A stretch of DNA of 50,730 nucleotides, the filler included, from Catajapyx aquilonaris (taxonomy: Eukaryota): NCBI GenBank assembly GCA_000934665.2. It is 3 parts of 3 records of this genome, joined end to end, with 100 filler letters (N's around TTAATTAATTAA, not from the genome) between each part and the next. Parts side by side here need not be neighbours in the genome. Positions count along the whole stretch, not along the records: positions 33,730 to 50,730 come from KZ539645.1; 2 more parts are not named here. One strand, given 5' to 3'. The translations under genes and the position numbers were made by a program. Below are positions 50,350 through 50,730 of this stretch, in pieces. The notes beneath the pieces were generated by a model. It was not told where the DNA came from, searched no databases, and saw nothing but the letters and a program-made list of their open reading frames with translations. The number at the start of each line of letters is the position of its first letter. The first letter of the stretch is position 1.

Positions 50350-50730
50350 TAGATCCTATGTGTTACGTTGTGGTACATGCAAGGGTACATGTCTTCATAT
50401 ATGTGCAAAGTGTGTGTGAATTGTGTTACAATCTTTGCGTATGTTTGTCGGTGGTTCAATGTGAGTGTCCAGTGTGCCAATTTGTGTCATTCGGTTAGCC
50501 AAGAAGGGAATTATGCCCGTTTTGCCTTGCCTAAGAACTTTCGCCCGTGGCACGGCCCCAGGGCGAAAATGTGTGATTCGGGACATTTGACGTAGTCTTG
50601 GATGTCTGGGTTACAGGTCCGCCAATTCTCACATTTTTAGCTCACTTAGAAGTGTGTGAAAATAATTACGTAAAGTGCATGACATTGCATGGAAAGCCCT
50701 ATCCCAGTTTGAATTTATACTCCCCGTGAC
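49514..50730. mobile_element. Foldback element with inverted arms of about 275 bp (49514-49789 and 50455-50730), running off the window
   Basis: Direct reverse-complement match; internal (AAT)n(CAT)n microsatellite. Confidence 0.88.

Overview
Repeat-dense animal genomic DNA, probably an arthropod or other invertebrate (spliceosomal introns, TTAGG tracts; species not determinable). It is scaffolded across artificial 100-bp gaps at 16767-16866 and 33630-33729. Host genes: two tandem pancreatic-lipase-family paralogs (minus strand, about 24.2-27.0 kb and 31.1-33.1 kb, each with a lesion) and the last three exons of MRI1 (minus strand, 38.6-39.4 kb). The rest is mostly mobile DNA. Three structures stand out. 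(1) A full-length but decayed three-zinc-finger R2 retrotransposon lies outside rDNA yet keeps a 23-nt 28S rRNA leader. It is fused head-to-tail, on one strand, to a piece of a second R2 lineage and a Gypsy pol fragment, which suggests RT template jumping. (2) A GC-rich, intronless gene encodes about 12 repeats of an adhesin-neck/phage-fibre-like motif and is followed by an ACTACT terminus, suggesting the end of a Polinton/Maverick (adintovirus-like) element carrying a fibre gene. (3) A LINE shows a clean twin-priming 5' inversion with an 18-bp target-site duplication. Remnants of Transib, P, hAT, Academ, Harbinger, mariner, Pif1/Helitron and R1-like elements are also present, with many MITEs, tRNA-SINEs (one with a V-domain) and a solo LTR. 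All family calls come from manual motif recognition; no database searches were run.
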